From assembly GCA_963790805.1 (NCBI GenBank), contig CAWBPL010000002.1:448696-512695 (forward strand): 64,000 bases of DNA. The letters are read 5' to 3'. The notes beneath the pieces were generated by a model that saw nothing but the letters and a program-made list of their open reading frames with translations, was not told the DNA's origin and did not search any database. A program made the position numbers and the translations under genes. Source of the DNA: Candidatus Gottesmanbacteria bacterium (lineage in GTDB: Bacteria > Patescibacteriota > Microgenomatia > UBA10105 > UBA927). This document shows, in pieces, positions 20,971-30,302 of the stretch (the first letter of the stretch is position 1; every line of letters begins with the position of its first letter).

Positions 20971-21540
20971 TTATTGCGATATCCGTTGAAGAAGATTTGT
21001 GGTTGGTGGATAATTTGGATCCATTGCATATGCGTGTTGTAAAAGTGTTTTGGCTTCTTCCCGTTTTCCGAGATTGTAGGCGTTCATAGCTGTCATGATA
21101 TACCCATCCCGATAATCCGGTTTTTGCGCGATAACTGATTTCCAAAATTCATACGCTTGGGTTAATTCTTGTGGTTGTGATTCCCATTGGGATAAAAGCG
21201 TCGATGGGTCGGTAGAAGCGCCCAACACGTTACCAGAATTTTCATTATATAAATCTTGGGCGAGAAGAAGCTCGTTTTTGGCAATCGCGTGATAACCCTG
21301 GTCCCAAAGATTGATTGCTGTTTGTTTGTGAATTTCCGCTGAAAAAGGGTGGGTAAGAGATGGGAGTGTGATGGACTGTGTGGGATTCGATTTGTGCAAC
21401 ATCCATGATATATTCATATAAAAAAGTGCGATCAAAAGGGCCCACAGAGTAATTCGTTCTGCCCAAAAAAACACGCCGGTAAAAAAAGATGCGGAGAATA
21501 ATCGGGAAATTTGCGGGAATGTAGACTTTGCTTGGGCCAT
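20971..21540 (-). CDS. membrane-anchored TPR-repeat protein
   Basis: TM helices, then TPR-like AYEFWKSVIAQKPDYRDGYIMTAMNAYNLGKREEAKTLLQHAYAMDPNY. Start moved to MAQAKS to avoid overlapping nth. Confidence 0.45.
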   Translation of the reverse strand: MAQAKSTFPQISRLFSASFFTGVFFWAERITLWALLIALFYMNISWMLHKSNPTQSITLPSLTHPFSAEIHKQTAINLWDQGYHAIAKNELLLAQDLYNENSGNVLGASTDPSTLLSQWESQPQELTQAYEFWKSVIAQKPDYRDGYIMTAMNAYNLGKREEAKTLLQHAYAMDPNYPPTTNLLQRISQ

Positions 21541-21579
21541 GTGTGGTATATTGTAGGGAGCCAAAAGGGGAAATGCAAC

Positions 21580-22299
21580 ATGGACAATGCGAATAAAACG
21601 AAACAACAGCAGGCCTTGAATGTTATTCAACTTCTTCGCCAAGCTTATCCGAAGGCAAAAATAGTCTTACACTATTCCAACACATGGGAACTACTGGTTT
21701 CCGTCATTCTTTCGGCGCAGTGCACCGATGTCATGGTAAATAAAGTGACGGAGAAGCTGTTTGCGAAATACAAAACGCTCGACGAGTATGTAAAGGCGGA
21801 TATCAGAGAATTTGAAAAAGATATAAAATCCACAGGGTTTTACCATAACAAGGCAAAAAATGTTTTGGCCGCCGCCAAAATGGTAAAGGAAAAATATAAT
21901 GGAACGGTACCCCGCACAATGGATGAAATTTTAATGCTTCCTGGGGTTGCGAGAAAAACCGCAAATGTAGTACTCGGAAATGCATACGGTGTGGTTGAAG
22001 GAATTGCGGTTGACACCCATGTTCACCGGTTGAGCCAGCGGTTGCGGCTTGTTGATCTCACCAAAATCGGCGGCAAAAAACTCATGGTGTTTGAGCGGGA
22101 TAATAAACCGGTCATCGATTACACGAAAGACGCCGATCCGGTAAAAATTGAGGATGAGCTTATGATGGTGTTACCCAAAGACAAATGGTTTCAAACAACG
22201 TATCTATTGATCGATCACGGGCGCGCTGTTTGCAAGGCGCAGAATCCAGACTGTTTACACTGCGTTCTTAATAAACTCTGTCCAGTGTCGCGACTCTAA
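21580..22299 (+). CDS. nth: endonuclease III
   Basis: ELLVSVILSAQCTD, LPGVARKTANVVL (HhH-GPD) and the C-terminal 4Fe-4S ligands CKAQNPDCLHCVLNKLC. Confidence 0.9.
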   Translation: MDNANKTKQQQALNVIQLLRQAYPKAKIVLHYSNTWELLVSVILSAQCTDVMVNKVTEKLFAKYKTLDEYVKADIREFEKDIKSTGFYHNKAKNVLAAAKMVKEKYNGTVPRTMDEILMLPGVARKTANVVLGNAYGVVEGIAVDTHVHRLSQRLRLVDLTKIGGKKLMVFERDNKPVIDYTKDADPVKIEDELMMVLPKDKWFQTTYLLIDHGRAVCKAQNPDCLHCVLNKLCPVSRL

Positions 22300-22303
22300 T
22301 GTC

Positions 22304-22891
22304 ATGAATCAATCTATCGGTATTAAAGTCGTTCCTTTTAGTGTCATTGACGGCAAACTGAAAACTTTTGCGCTTGGCGGTCATCTGCCGTCGAAGGTGT
22401 GGCGCAGGGGAATGGTTCTTGATGCTGAGGTCTCACACACCATTACAACCTCCATAGGTTTATCCCTACAAAAAGGATATATAGAACAGCTTTATACAGT
22501 TTCGCGCCCCGAAGAAAAAGATTTTGATATCGCCATTGTGTATTATTTTTTGGTGCCCACTATTCATATAAAAAATTATGAAAGGTGGGTTGATGTGAAT
22601 GAGTCGCCAGATCGAACGCTTGTCGAATATGCCTTGCAACGGCTCCGGTGGAAAATAGAATATACCAATGTTGCATACGCGTTGTTGCCGGATGAGTTTG
22701 TTTTCGGAGATTTACAAAAAGTGTACGAGGCGATTTTAGGCAGATCTATTGATAAACGGAATTTCAGGAAAAAAATTTTTTCGCTCAATATTCTTAAAGA
22801 TTCCGGAAAAAAACGAACGCTCGGACGTGCAAGACCCGCAGAAGTGTATACATTTAAAGAGCGAAAGCTTTCGATCGTCGAAATCCTCTAA
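22304..22891 (+). CDS. NrtR-like regulator (degenerate Nudix fold + C-terminal winged helix)
   Basis: The C-terminus LLPDEFVFGDLQKVYEAILGRSIDKRNFRKKI resembles the NrtR wHTH. No intact Nudix box is visible in the N-terminal half. Confidence 0.45.
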   Translation: MNQSIGIKVVPFSVIDGKLKTFALGGHLPSKVWRRGMVLDAEVSHTITTSIGLSLQKGYIEQLYTVSRPEEKDFDIAIVYYFLVPTIHIKNYERWVDVNESPDRTLVEYALQRLRWKIEYTNVAYALLPDEFVFGDLQKVYEAILGRSIDKRNFRKKIFSLNILKDSGKKRTLGRARPAEVYTFKERKLSIVEIL

Positions 22892-22971
22892 AACGCCTTA
22901 TTTTCCGTTTGACTGACAGAGCCTGTTAGTGTATAGTGAGCACTATCTATTAAGTGTAAATAGTACACTAA

Positions 22972-23967
22972 ATGACTATGGACAGTGAGCTTGGTATTTT
23001 TCCTGATAAGGATTTAGAACATTTTTCAGTTGCACCCGCATGGAAAATCTGCGGTGAGATGCTCGCGCAAAATCTATTTGAAAAACCAGGAGTTCTTATT
23101 CTTGATTGCGATGGTGTCATTTTTCTATCAGACAGCCTTGATGCTGTACGCGTTACAACGCCGACGATCATTTCCACTCTTTTAGCGGTAGAAGAAGAAG
23201 GCGGGAAGATTGGGCTTGCAACCGCAAGATCGAAGGGAGTACGAAAAGTCCTGCGCGAGTACGGTTTTCGCCTTGATGGACCTTTGATTCTTGAAGGAGG
23301 ACACGTCATTATTGACGGGGGCAAGAAGACTGTTTTAGCACCAGATTCGTATCAGAATTTTGTTGCTCATGTAAGAGAAAATCTTGGTACGTACGTAACA
23401 GTCAGAGATACTTGGCAGGAAGTTGTTGATAGGCCGTACGATGATCGCGGCACCATTTCGATTTGTCACGGCGACGGGCAATGGAATGGTATTTGTCGGG
23501 CGACTTTCTGGTATAACACGAGAGGGGAAGCGACTCTTGGAGACGCCGATAAGGAAGTGGAAAAAAACGTCATACCGCATCTTCAAAGAATTGCGAGTCT
23601 CTCACATTTAAGCAAAGATGACTATGATATTAAATTAACGCATATGGATAACGGTTTAGGGATTATCCGTCTTGCTGCAAAAATTGAAGGATACCCCGTG
23701 AATAAAGGAATGGCTGCCCAGTTTATTTGGGATGGTTTTATCCCTATTTCTATTGCTGATGGAGAAGGAGATGCGGAGTTTGAAGCCGCTGTTCAACAAC
23801 ATAACGGGAAGGTTATTGCGGTGGAAGGAAGCCACGACCTCACTCCCGATGTCCCTCAATTTATTTCGCGTGCCGATTTTCGAGTCAGAAACCCTGACGA
23901 ACTAGAACTGGCATTGACGTATGCTGTAGCAATTAAACGGCACAGATTAAATTTTCAAAAAAATTAA
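22972..23967 (+). CDS. HAD-superfamily hydrolase (Cof/MPGP-like)
   Basis: Motif I LILDCDGVIF, and a late acidic motif IADGEGD. Confidence 0.5.
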   Translation: MTMDSELGIFPDKDLEHFSVAPAWKICGEMLAQNLFEKPGVLILDCDGVIFLSDSLDAVRVTTPTIISTLLAVEEEGGKIGLATARSKGVRKVLREYGFRLDGPLILEGGHVIIDGGKKTVLAPDSYQNFVAHVRENLGTYVTVRDTWQEVVDRPYDDRGTISICHGDGQWNGICRATFWYNTRGEATLGDADKEVEKNVIPHLQRIASLSHLSKDDYDIKLTHMDNGLGIIRLAAKIEGYPVNKGMAAQFIWDGFIPISIADGEGDAEFEAAVQQHNGKVIAVEGSHDLTPDVPQFISRADFRVRNPDELELALTYAVAIKRHRLNFQKN

Positions 23968-23978
23968 CTACGTACGGT

Positions 23979-24764
23979 ATGAACAATATAAACTCACCAA
24001 TAATAGCAAAAAATCTTATTACGTTTATTGGTTCATCTTTTCAAAGGGAGGGTTATACAGTGGCTCTTGTTGCCGTATCTGGAGGCATTGATTCGGCAAC
24101 AAGCTTGATGCTTACCGTCAAAGCGCTGGGACCAACGCGCGTCCATACCGTGCTATTGCCGTATGGGCAACTGAATGATGCGGGAACGAAAGACGCAAAA
24201 AAGATTATTGCGTCGTTGAGTATTCCCCCAAAAAATATTCACCTTGTTGACATACAGCCGATGGTCGACGCCGTGGTTGCCTATGATAAAGAGATGGATG
24301 AAGGACGGCGGGGGAATGTGATGGCGCGGATGCGGATGGTGGTACTCTTCGATTTTGCAAAAAAAATGGGAGCATTGGTTGTTGGGACGGAAAACAAAAC
24401 GGAACACCTGCTTGGGTACTACACGCGATTTGGTGATGAGGCAAGCGATATTGAACCTCTCCGTGAGTTGTATAAATTTCAGGTGTATGATTTGGCGAAA
24501 TATCTTGGTATCCCCAAATACATCATACAGAAAGCCCCAAGCGCCGGTCTCTGGCTGGGACAAACCGACGAGGGGGAGTTCGGGTTTACGTATAAAGAAG
24601 CTGACGAAGTTTTGTTTCTCATGACGGAAAAAGGATATACGCAAAAGCAATTGCTCGCGAAGGGATATCCTCAGTCTCTTTTAAAACGATTGCAATGGTG
24701 GATAGATAAAGGTTCTTTTAAAGCGCGTTTGCCAAAAGTCATTGCGAAAGACACACCCGTGTGA
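23979..24764 (+). CDS. nadE: NH3-dependent NAD+ synthetase
   Basis: PP-loop VAVSGGIDSA; VVGTENKTEHLLGYYTRFGDEASDIEPL. Confidence 0.9.
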   Translation: MNNINSPIIAKNLITFIGSSFQREGYTVALVAVSGGIDSATSLMLTVKALGPTRVHTVLLPYGQLNDAGTKDAKKIIASLSIPPKNIHLVDIQPMVDAVVAYDKEMDEGRRGNVMARMRMVVLFDFAKKMGALVVGTENKTEHLLGYYTRFGDEASDIEPLRELYKFQVYDLAKYLGIPKYIIQKAPSAGLWLGQTDEGEFGFTYKEADEVLFLMTEKGYTQKQLLAKGYPQSLLKRLQWWIDKGSFKARLPKVIAKDTPV

Positions 24765-24812
24765 TATCCTTTGCAGGTATTAATCGTACTGCCAATTTAA
24801 AAGGAGAAGACT

Positions 24813-25529
24813 ATGCCGCGAAAATCCAAAAAATCCAAAACAACCCGTCAGGCCAAAACAGCCGCAGCGCGTCACGAAATGATTGACACAAAAACAGAAA
24901 ATTTGATGCCGGTTTCTCCGTCACATCCCTCTGATATGCTTTTGGATCCAAGTAAAGCGGCGTCGTTTCGTTGGGGGGTATTTGTCGTACTTCTTGTTCT
25001 TATTGGCGCCGTGTATCTTGCGACGCGGGGATTGATTGTTTCCGCAATAGTTGACGGAAAGCCGATTTTCGGATGGGACGTTGCAAGTACCGTTATGTCG
25101 CAATACGGCCAGCAAACACTGCAAAGCATGATCAGTCAACAACTCATTACTGAGACTGCGCAGAAGCAGAAAATTGTTATTTCAGATGCCGATGTAAAGA
25201 ATAAAATTGATCAATTGGTAAAATCATTGGGGCCAAACGTGACGCTTGATGACCTTTTGAAATATCAGGGTGTAACGCAAAGTCAGTTTAACGATCAGGT
25301 TCGACTGCAACTTACGGTCGAAAAGATTTTAGGAAAAGATATCACCGTGAGTGATCAGGAGATTTCTGATTATATAGATAAAAACAAAAGCACCATGACG
25401 TCAACCGATGATGCATCGCTTCAGGAAGAAGCGCGACAGGCGGTTTTTTCGCAGAAATTGAGCGCGAAGATTCAACCATGGTTTGATGCCCTGAAGCAAA
25501 AAGCGAAGATTACGCTTTTCTTGAAGTAA
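24813..25529 (+). CDS. membrane-anchored SurA N-terminal-domain chaperone-like protein
   Basis: Single TM, then ...QLITETAQKQKIVISDADVKNKIDQL..., SurA_N/PpiD-like. No parvulin domain is evident. Confidence 0.5.
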   Translation: MPRKSKKSKTTRQAKTAAARHEMIDTKTENLMPVSPSHPSDMLLDPSKAASFRWGVFVVLLVLIGAVYLATRGLIVSAIVDGKPIFGWDVASTVMSQYGQQTLQSMISQQLITETAQKQKIVISDADVKNKIDQLVKSLGPNVTLDDLLKYQGVTQSQFNDQVRLQLTVEKILGKDITVSDQEISDYIDKNKSTMTSTDDASLQEEARQAVFSQKLSAKIQPWFDALKQKAKITLFLK

Positions 25530-25539
25530 CCCGAGAGTC

Positions 25540-26232
25540 ATGAATAAAGTTTTTTTGGCAATCGTATTTGTGGTGGCGTTGGCGGGAATAAGCTTTTTGG
25601 TGTTTTCTCGTTTTCCCAATCCGCCAGAGGAGAAACAACCGGTAGAGAAAGAGACACAATCTATGAATTCACCAACGGCAAGCCCGTCTGCAACAGTCAA
25701 CCCGAAGACATTTACGAGTCCTCCTCCTATGACGATTGATGTGAACAAAACGTATAAAGCAAAGCTTGTTACATCAAAAGGCACGATGATTGTAACGTTA
25801 TTTTCCAAAGAAACGCCGATAACAGTCAATAATTTTGTTTTTTTGGCGAAAGCGGGATTTTACGATCAGACAACGTTTCACCGGATTATCAAAGGGTTTA
25901 TGATTCAGGGCGGCGATCCCAAGGGTGACGGAACGGGAGGGCCGGGGTATTCATTTGCTGACGAGCCGATTACCCGTGATTACGCCCGCGGGACGATTGC
26001 GATGGCCAATTCAGGTCCCAATACCAACGGGAGCCAGTTTTTCATTATGCACGCCGATTATTCGCTTCCAAAAAATTACGTAATTTTCGGTGCCATTGAT
26101 CCCACGGACTCAGCAAGTATGGCAACGCTTGATGCGATCGCCAATACTCCGGTGGAAGATAACGGTATGGGGGAGGACAGCAAGCCACTTGAACCGGTGA
26201 CCCTCACGTCTGTTACAATAATTGAGGGGTGA
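25540..26232 (+). CDS. cyclophilin-type peptidyl-prolyl cis-trans isomerase (membrane-anchored)
   Basis: FHRIIKGFMIQGGDPKGDGTGGPGY...GTIAMANSGPNTNGSQFFI. Confidence 0.9.
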   Translation: MNKVFLAIVFVVALAGISFLVFSRFPNPPEEKQPVEKETQSMNSPTASPSATVNPKTFTSPPPMTIDVNKTYKAKLVTSKGTMIVTLFSKETPITVNNFVFLAKAGFYDQTTFHRIIKGFMIQGGDPKGDGTGGPGYSFADEPITRDYARGTIAMANSGPNTNGSQFFIMHADYSLPKNYVIFGAIDPTDSASMATLDAIANTPVEDNGMGEDSKPLEPVTLTSVTIIEG

Positions 26233-26237
26233 TATCT

Positions 26238-26498
26238 ATGCCATGGTTTTTAGGCAATAATCGTGCGTGGGGTTTCAGAGGATTTTGGCCGATAGGTGGT
26301 TTGCTCCCGCTTGTCATCTGGTCGGCAATCTGGACAGGGCTCGCATTGTGGCACGCCGCCAAACGGGGGGAAAAGTGGTGGTTTATTTTTTTCCTTTTAG
26401 TCCATACGGCCGGTATTGTTGAAATATTGTATCTCATCTTTGTTGCAAAAATTTTTGCAAAAACCACAAAACCCGCGCGAAAACGTAAACGGTCATGA
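26238..26498 (+). CDS. small two-TM membrane protein (DUF5652-like)
   Basis: WSAIWTGLALWHAAKRGEKWWFIFFLLVHTAGIVEILYL. ATGA overlap with epmA. Confidence 0.5.
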   Translation: MPWFLGNNRAWGFRGFWPIGGLLPLVIWSAIWTGLALWHAAKRGEKWWFIFFLLVHTAGIVEILYLIFVAKIFAKTTKPARKRKRS

Positions 26499-27541
26499 AG
26501 ACGTGGAAAAAACTCAAGGATAATCCTGATTTGTGGGATCGGTATCTGGTCCGCGAAAAAGTTACACAAGCGATCCGTGCGTTTTTTGAGACTGAACGCT
26601 TTCATGAGGTGGAAGTGCCTACCATTGTTGCTCACCCTGCTGCCGAGTCGTACATTGACGTTTTTGAAACAACGCTTCTTAACCGCCAGCGCCGCCCCAC
26701 CAGCGCCTATTTATCTACGTCTCCCGAAGTTCCGTTAAAAAAACTCCTTGTTGCCGGCATCGGCAACTGTTATTCCCTGACGAAAAGTTTCCGCAATATG
26801 GAAACGCAAAGCGCCTTGCATAATCCAGAATTTACGATTCTTGAATGGTATCGGGTGGAAGCCGATTACACCGATACCATGCGCGACTGCGAACGGCTGG
26901 TTTACCATATTTGCAAAACACTCAACGCTGCTGATACGTTTGTGTATCAGGGAAAAATGATAACGATGACACCGCCGTGGGATCGGATGTCGGTAGCCCA
27001 AGCATTTAAAAAATATGCGGATATCAATTTTGACGAGTTTTTCTTTGAGGTGAAAGCCAGAGAAATAGCGGCAAAAAAGGGGTATAGAGTGGAACGGAAA
27101 ACCACATGGGAAGAGCTGTATAATCAGATCTTTTTAAACGAGATTGAACCGCATTTGGGAATGGTGAAACCCGTACTTCTGTATGATTTTCCGGCAATCA
27201 CAGCGGCACTTTGCAGGAAAAAGCCTTCAGACCCGCGGTATAAAGAACGATTTGAATTGTATATCGCCGGATTGGAGCTCGGTGATGCCTATAGCGAACT
27301 GACTGACTGGAAAGAGCAGGAAAAAGAATTTAAAAAAGAGCTCGAGGGAATTAAACGCACTGGTAAAACGCAGTATGAATATGATCGTGATTTTATTGAA
27401 GCGCTGAAAGCCGGTTTGCCGGTGTCAAGCGGCATGGCGCTGGGCGTTGACCGGTTGATAATGCTACTCACCAATGTCACAAATATTGCCGACATACTCT
27501 TTTTCCCTGCGAAAGAGTTATTTGAGGATGGGAACGTATGA
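26495..27541 (+). CDS. epmA: EF-P lysyl-(beta-lysyl) ligase EpmA/GenX (truncated class II LysRS paralog)
   Basis: Class II motifs FRNMETQSALHNPEFTILEWY and GLPVSSGMALGVDRLIMLL. At 348 aa there is no anticodon-binding domain. It sits next to efp. Confidence 0.75.
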   Translation: MKTWKKLKDNPDLWDRYLVREKVTQAIRAFFETERFHEVEVPTIVAHPAAESYIDVFETTLLNRQRRPTSAYLSTSPEVPLKKLLVAGIGNCYSLTKSFRNMETQSALHNPEFTILEWYRVEADYTDTMRDCERLVYHICKTLNAADTFVYQGKMITMTPPWDRMSVAQAFKKYADINFDEFFFEVKAREIAAKKGYRVERKTTWEELYNQIFLNEIEPHLGMVKPVLLYDFPAITAALCRKKPSDPRYKERFELYIAGLELGDAYSELTDWKEQEKEFKKELEGIKRTGKTQYEYDRDFIEALKAGLPVSSGMALGVDRLIMLLTNVTNIADILFFPAKELFEDGNV

Positions 27542-27618
27542 TGCGGGAACAATCGTAAAGACTAGCATGGCGCGACGTTATCATTATTGCTGTTCCAAAA
27601 CATTTCCCTTCGATTAGG

Positions 27619-27647
27619 TTGTCAATGCCTTATAAATTGATTATAAT
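27619..27647 (+). promoter_or_regulatory. sigma70-like promoter upstream of efp
   Basis: TTGTCA (27619-27624), 17-nt spacer, TATAAT (27642-27647). Confidence 0.55.
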
Positions 27648-27688
27648 AGCTTTAGTCCCCACAAAAACGGGGGTTTTCTTTTTTCTTT

Positions 27689-28252
27689 ATGTCAACGATT
27701 ACGACAGCAAATTTTTCCAAAGGCATATTTATCGAGTTCAAAGGTGAAGCGCACCAGATTGTGGATTTGACGTTTGTCAATCCCGGCAAAGGGTCGGCGT
27801 TTGTGCGAACGAAATTAAAATCTCTCAAAACCGGAAAAGTGCAGGAATTTACCTACAAATCCGGTGAATCGGCTACTGAGATTGCCATTAATACGCGTGA
27901 AATGCAGTATCTCTATAAAGAAGGGGATAAATATATATTCATGGACAATCAATCGTATGAACAATTTCCGATTTCTGAGATTATGCTTGGGAATTATGTC
28001 CATTACCTGAAACCCAACGATATTTATCAGATCCTCGTAAACGAAGATGATGCGGTGGGCATTCGATTTCCCAAAAAAGTACACCTTCGTGTAACAGAGG
28101 CTGATACGGGTGCCAGAGGCAATACTGTTGCAGGCGCAACAAAGACAGTCGTTGTTGAGACGGGAGCTGTTATTACCGTACCGCTTTTTATTAAACAGGG
28201 CGAAATGATTGCCGTTGATCCTGAAACCGGCGAATACATCGAGCGCGGATAA
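27689..28252 (+). CDS. efp: translation elongation factor P
   Basis: FIEFKGEAHQIVDLTFVNPGKGSAFVRTKLKSLKTGK, with the modifiable Lys in the PGKG loop. Confidence 0.95.
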   Translation: MSTITTANFSKGIFIEFKGEAHQIVDLTFVNPGKGSAFVRTKLKSLKTGKVQEFTYKSGESATEIAINTREMQYLYKEGDKYIFMDNQSYEQFPISEIMLGNYVHYLKPNDIYQILVNEDDAVGIRFPKKVHLRVTEADTGARGNTVAGATKTVVVETGAVITVPLFIKQGEMIAVDPETGEYIERG

Positions 28253-28273
28253 CGTTTGGAGTACAATATCCAC

Positions 28274-29026
28274 ATGGAGGAGAAACGCATTGTCTTGTCT
28301 TCAGGATCCATAACATATCTTCAGCACGGGAATGGGCCCACACTTCTTTTTCTTCACGGAGGTTTCGCAACTCCCCGAGGATATACACCTCTTATTGAAC
28401 GTTTGGGACAAAACTATACGGTGATAGCACCGACGCACCCAGGACACGGAGATTCCTTTGTGATACCCAGCGGGTGGACGCTTACTGATTTCGGCGTCCT
28501 GTATAAAGAATTTTTTGAGGCGCTGCACTTATCGCCAATGACCATCGTCAGTCATTCGTTTGGCGGAGCCATTGGATTTCTTCTTGCTTCGTACGGACTG
28601 GCGACAAAACTTATTGCTTTTGACTCTGTCGGGCTTCCAATTCCGTTATCGCCAGAACAATATGTTCGGGCACTGACGGGAGAAGCCAAATCGACGCTAG
28701 TTGAAATAAAAAAACTGAAACAATTTAACGAAATGGTTTCTTCAGCGTCGACAGTTCTTTATACCACCATCAAACATCCTGAAAATCATTTCTGGCTCCT
28801 GCAAAACTGCTCAACGATGGATTTAACCTCACTTCTTAAAACCATTACGATACCCGTTGTTTTATTTTGGGGAGAGGATGATGCAATTGTGCCTGTGTCG
28901 GTTGGGAAAAAGCTTCAAGCGTGTTTAGCGCATGCGACGCTTACCATATTTCCCGGAAAGGGGCATGCATATATTGCCACAAACCCCGAGTTTTCATATC
29001 AGGAGATTATGAAAGTGCTTTCATAA
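28274..29026 (+). CDS. alpha/beta hydrolase
   Basis: LLFLHGGF oxyanion region, nucleophile elbow SHSFGG, late GKGH histidine. The track start at 28256 is TTG; I took the ATG at 28274. Confidence 0.7.
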   Translation: MEEKRIVLSSGSITYLQHGNGPTLLFLHGGFATPRGYTPLIERLGQNYTVIAPTHPGHGDSFVIPSGWTLTDFGVLYKEFFEALHLSPMTIVSHSFGGAIGFLLASYGLATKLIAFDSVGLPIPLSPEQYVRALTGEAKSTLVEIKKLKQFNEMVSSASTVLYTTIKHPENHFWLLQNCSTMDLTSLLKTITIPVVLFWGEDDAIVPVSVGKKLQACLAHATLTIFPGKGHAYIATNPEFSYQEIMKVLS

Positions 29027-29074
29027 AACGGCACGCTGATTGTCGTTGTCTATAAATCCCGCTACACTATTCGT

Positions 29075-30262
29075 ATGAAGATAAAACTGCCCAACAAACC
29101 GTTTCAGCGGTTCACGGCCGTCGTTGTCGGAAGCGTTGTTTTTGGTTTTAGTGCACTTGCACTTTTCCTTGCGACATGGATCACTCTTCAAAAGAAACTC
29201 ACAACAACCATGGGGGAGCGCACAGTTCTTCAAAAGTCAGTGGCTTCCATATCAGCAGAATTAACGAGATTAAAAGATGAAGATCAATATAAGAAAAATC
29301 AGACGCTTCAAAGTGACATCGGGAACATTGAATCGACGTATGCAAAAACTGTTGCCGTTTATGAAGATCTTCTTCGTCTGAAAGAAAACGAGAAAGATAC
29401 GCAAAAATTTGACGATGCCTTCGCTAACGTGCTTACCCTTTTGTCGAAACGCGAGTATGAACAGGCGGAAACGGCCCTTTCAACGCTTCAGAACGATATA
29501 GCCACAGAGCAACAAAAACTCACTTCATCCTTTGTCATACCCAGTGATGTTGCGGCAAGCAATACGCCGCCGACTAACGGATTTTCAAGCCAGAGCGTAC
29601 AAACGGATATCGGTACGTTTCTTGTCGACATGATTGCCGGTGATCTTTCAACCACCCGCGTCCTTGTGGATACTGCATCGGATGCGACGTGTACAAACAA
29701 TTGCCCCGCATTGCCACTTGGTGATTACGTATCGCGGACCGGTGCGTATGCCGGCGTCAATGGGGGATATTTTTGTCCGCCGGAATATCCAAGCTGTGCC
29801 GGTAAGACCAATTCGTTTGATACGCTTCTTATGAATAAAAATAAAGTTTATTTTAATTCCGACAATAATAAATACAGCGTTGTGCCCGCCGTGATTTTCG
29901 GCAGCGGATTCATCCGGTTTGTCGGGCAGTCGCTTGAATGGGGGAGGGATACGAGTATCGACAGCATGATTGCCAATCAGCCGCTCGTTTTGTCAGGGGG
30001 AACAATTAATTTTAACGGCAACAGCGATCCCAAAATGAGCAGTAAAAGTACGCGCGGGTTTGTTGCGAATCATGGCAACACCGTGTATATCGGTATGGTT
30101 TTTAATGCGTCGGTTGCCGATATGGGTCATGTGATGAAAACGCTCGGGATGGATAACACGTTGAATCTTGATGATGGAGGTTCGGCTGCTCTTTGGTTTG
30201 GCGGGTATAAAGTGGGTCCCGGCCGAAATATTCCCAACGCTATCGTGTTTGTGAGAAAATGA
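29075..30262 (+). CDS. phosphodiester glycosidase (NAGPA/DUF2233) family protein, membrane-anchored with coiled coil
   Basis: N-terminal TM, coiled-coil segment, C-terminal ...GVNGGYF... and LNLDDGGSAALWFGG. Confidence 0.6.
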   Translation: MKIKLPNKPFQRFTAVVVGSVVFGFSALALFLATWITLQKKLTTTMGERTVLQKSVASISAELTRLKDEDQYKKNQTLQSDIGNIESTYAKTVAVYEDLLRLKENEKDTQKFDDAFANVLTLLSKREYEQAETALSTLQNDIATEQQKLTSSFVIPSDVAASNTPPTNGFSSQSVQTDIGTFLVDMIAGDLSTTRVLVDTASDATCTNNCPALPLGDYVSRTGAYAGVNGGYFCPPEYPSCAGKTNSFDTLLMNKNKVYFNSDNNKYSVVPAVIFGSGFIRFVGQSLEWGRDTSIDSMIANQPLVLSGGTINFNGNSDPKMSSKSTRGFVANHGNTVYIGMVFNASVADMGHVMKTLGMDNTLNLDDGGSAALWFGGYKVGPGRNIPNAIVFVRK

Positions 30263-30302
30263 AACGTTGACAAGAGGTCTATAAGAATGAAAAAATGTCT
30301 AT

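Noticed and set aside
24153-24650. 165-aa minus-strand ORF; similar shadow ORFs at 25401-25829, 26213-26635, 27815-28273, 30127-30537, 59817-60453 and 61129-61545
   Set aside because: Each lies antisense to, or out of frame within, a confidently assigned gene (nadE, ppiase, epmA, efp, the surface protein, ftsH, the exonuclease). None has independent signals.
27657-27688. Hairpin CCCC-N8-GGGG plus T-run between the efp promoter and the start codon, considered as an attenuator
   Set aside because: The stem is only 4-5 bp, and the T-rich tract doubles as the AT-rich translation initiation region. This is too weak to call without folding or conservation data.
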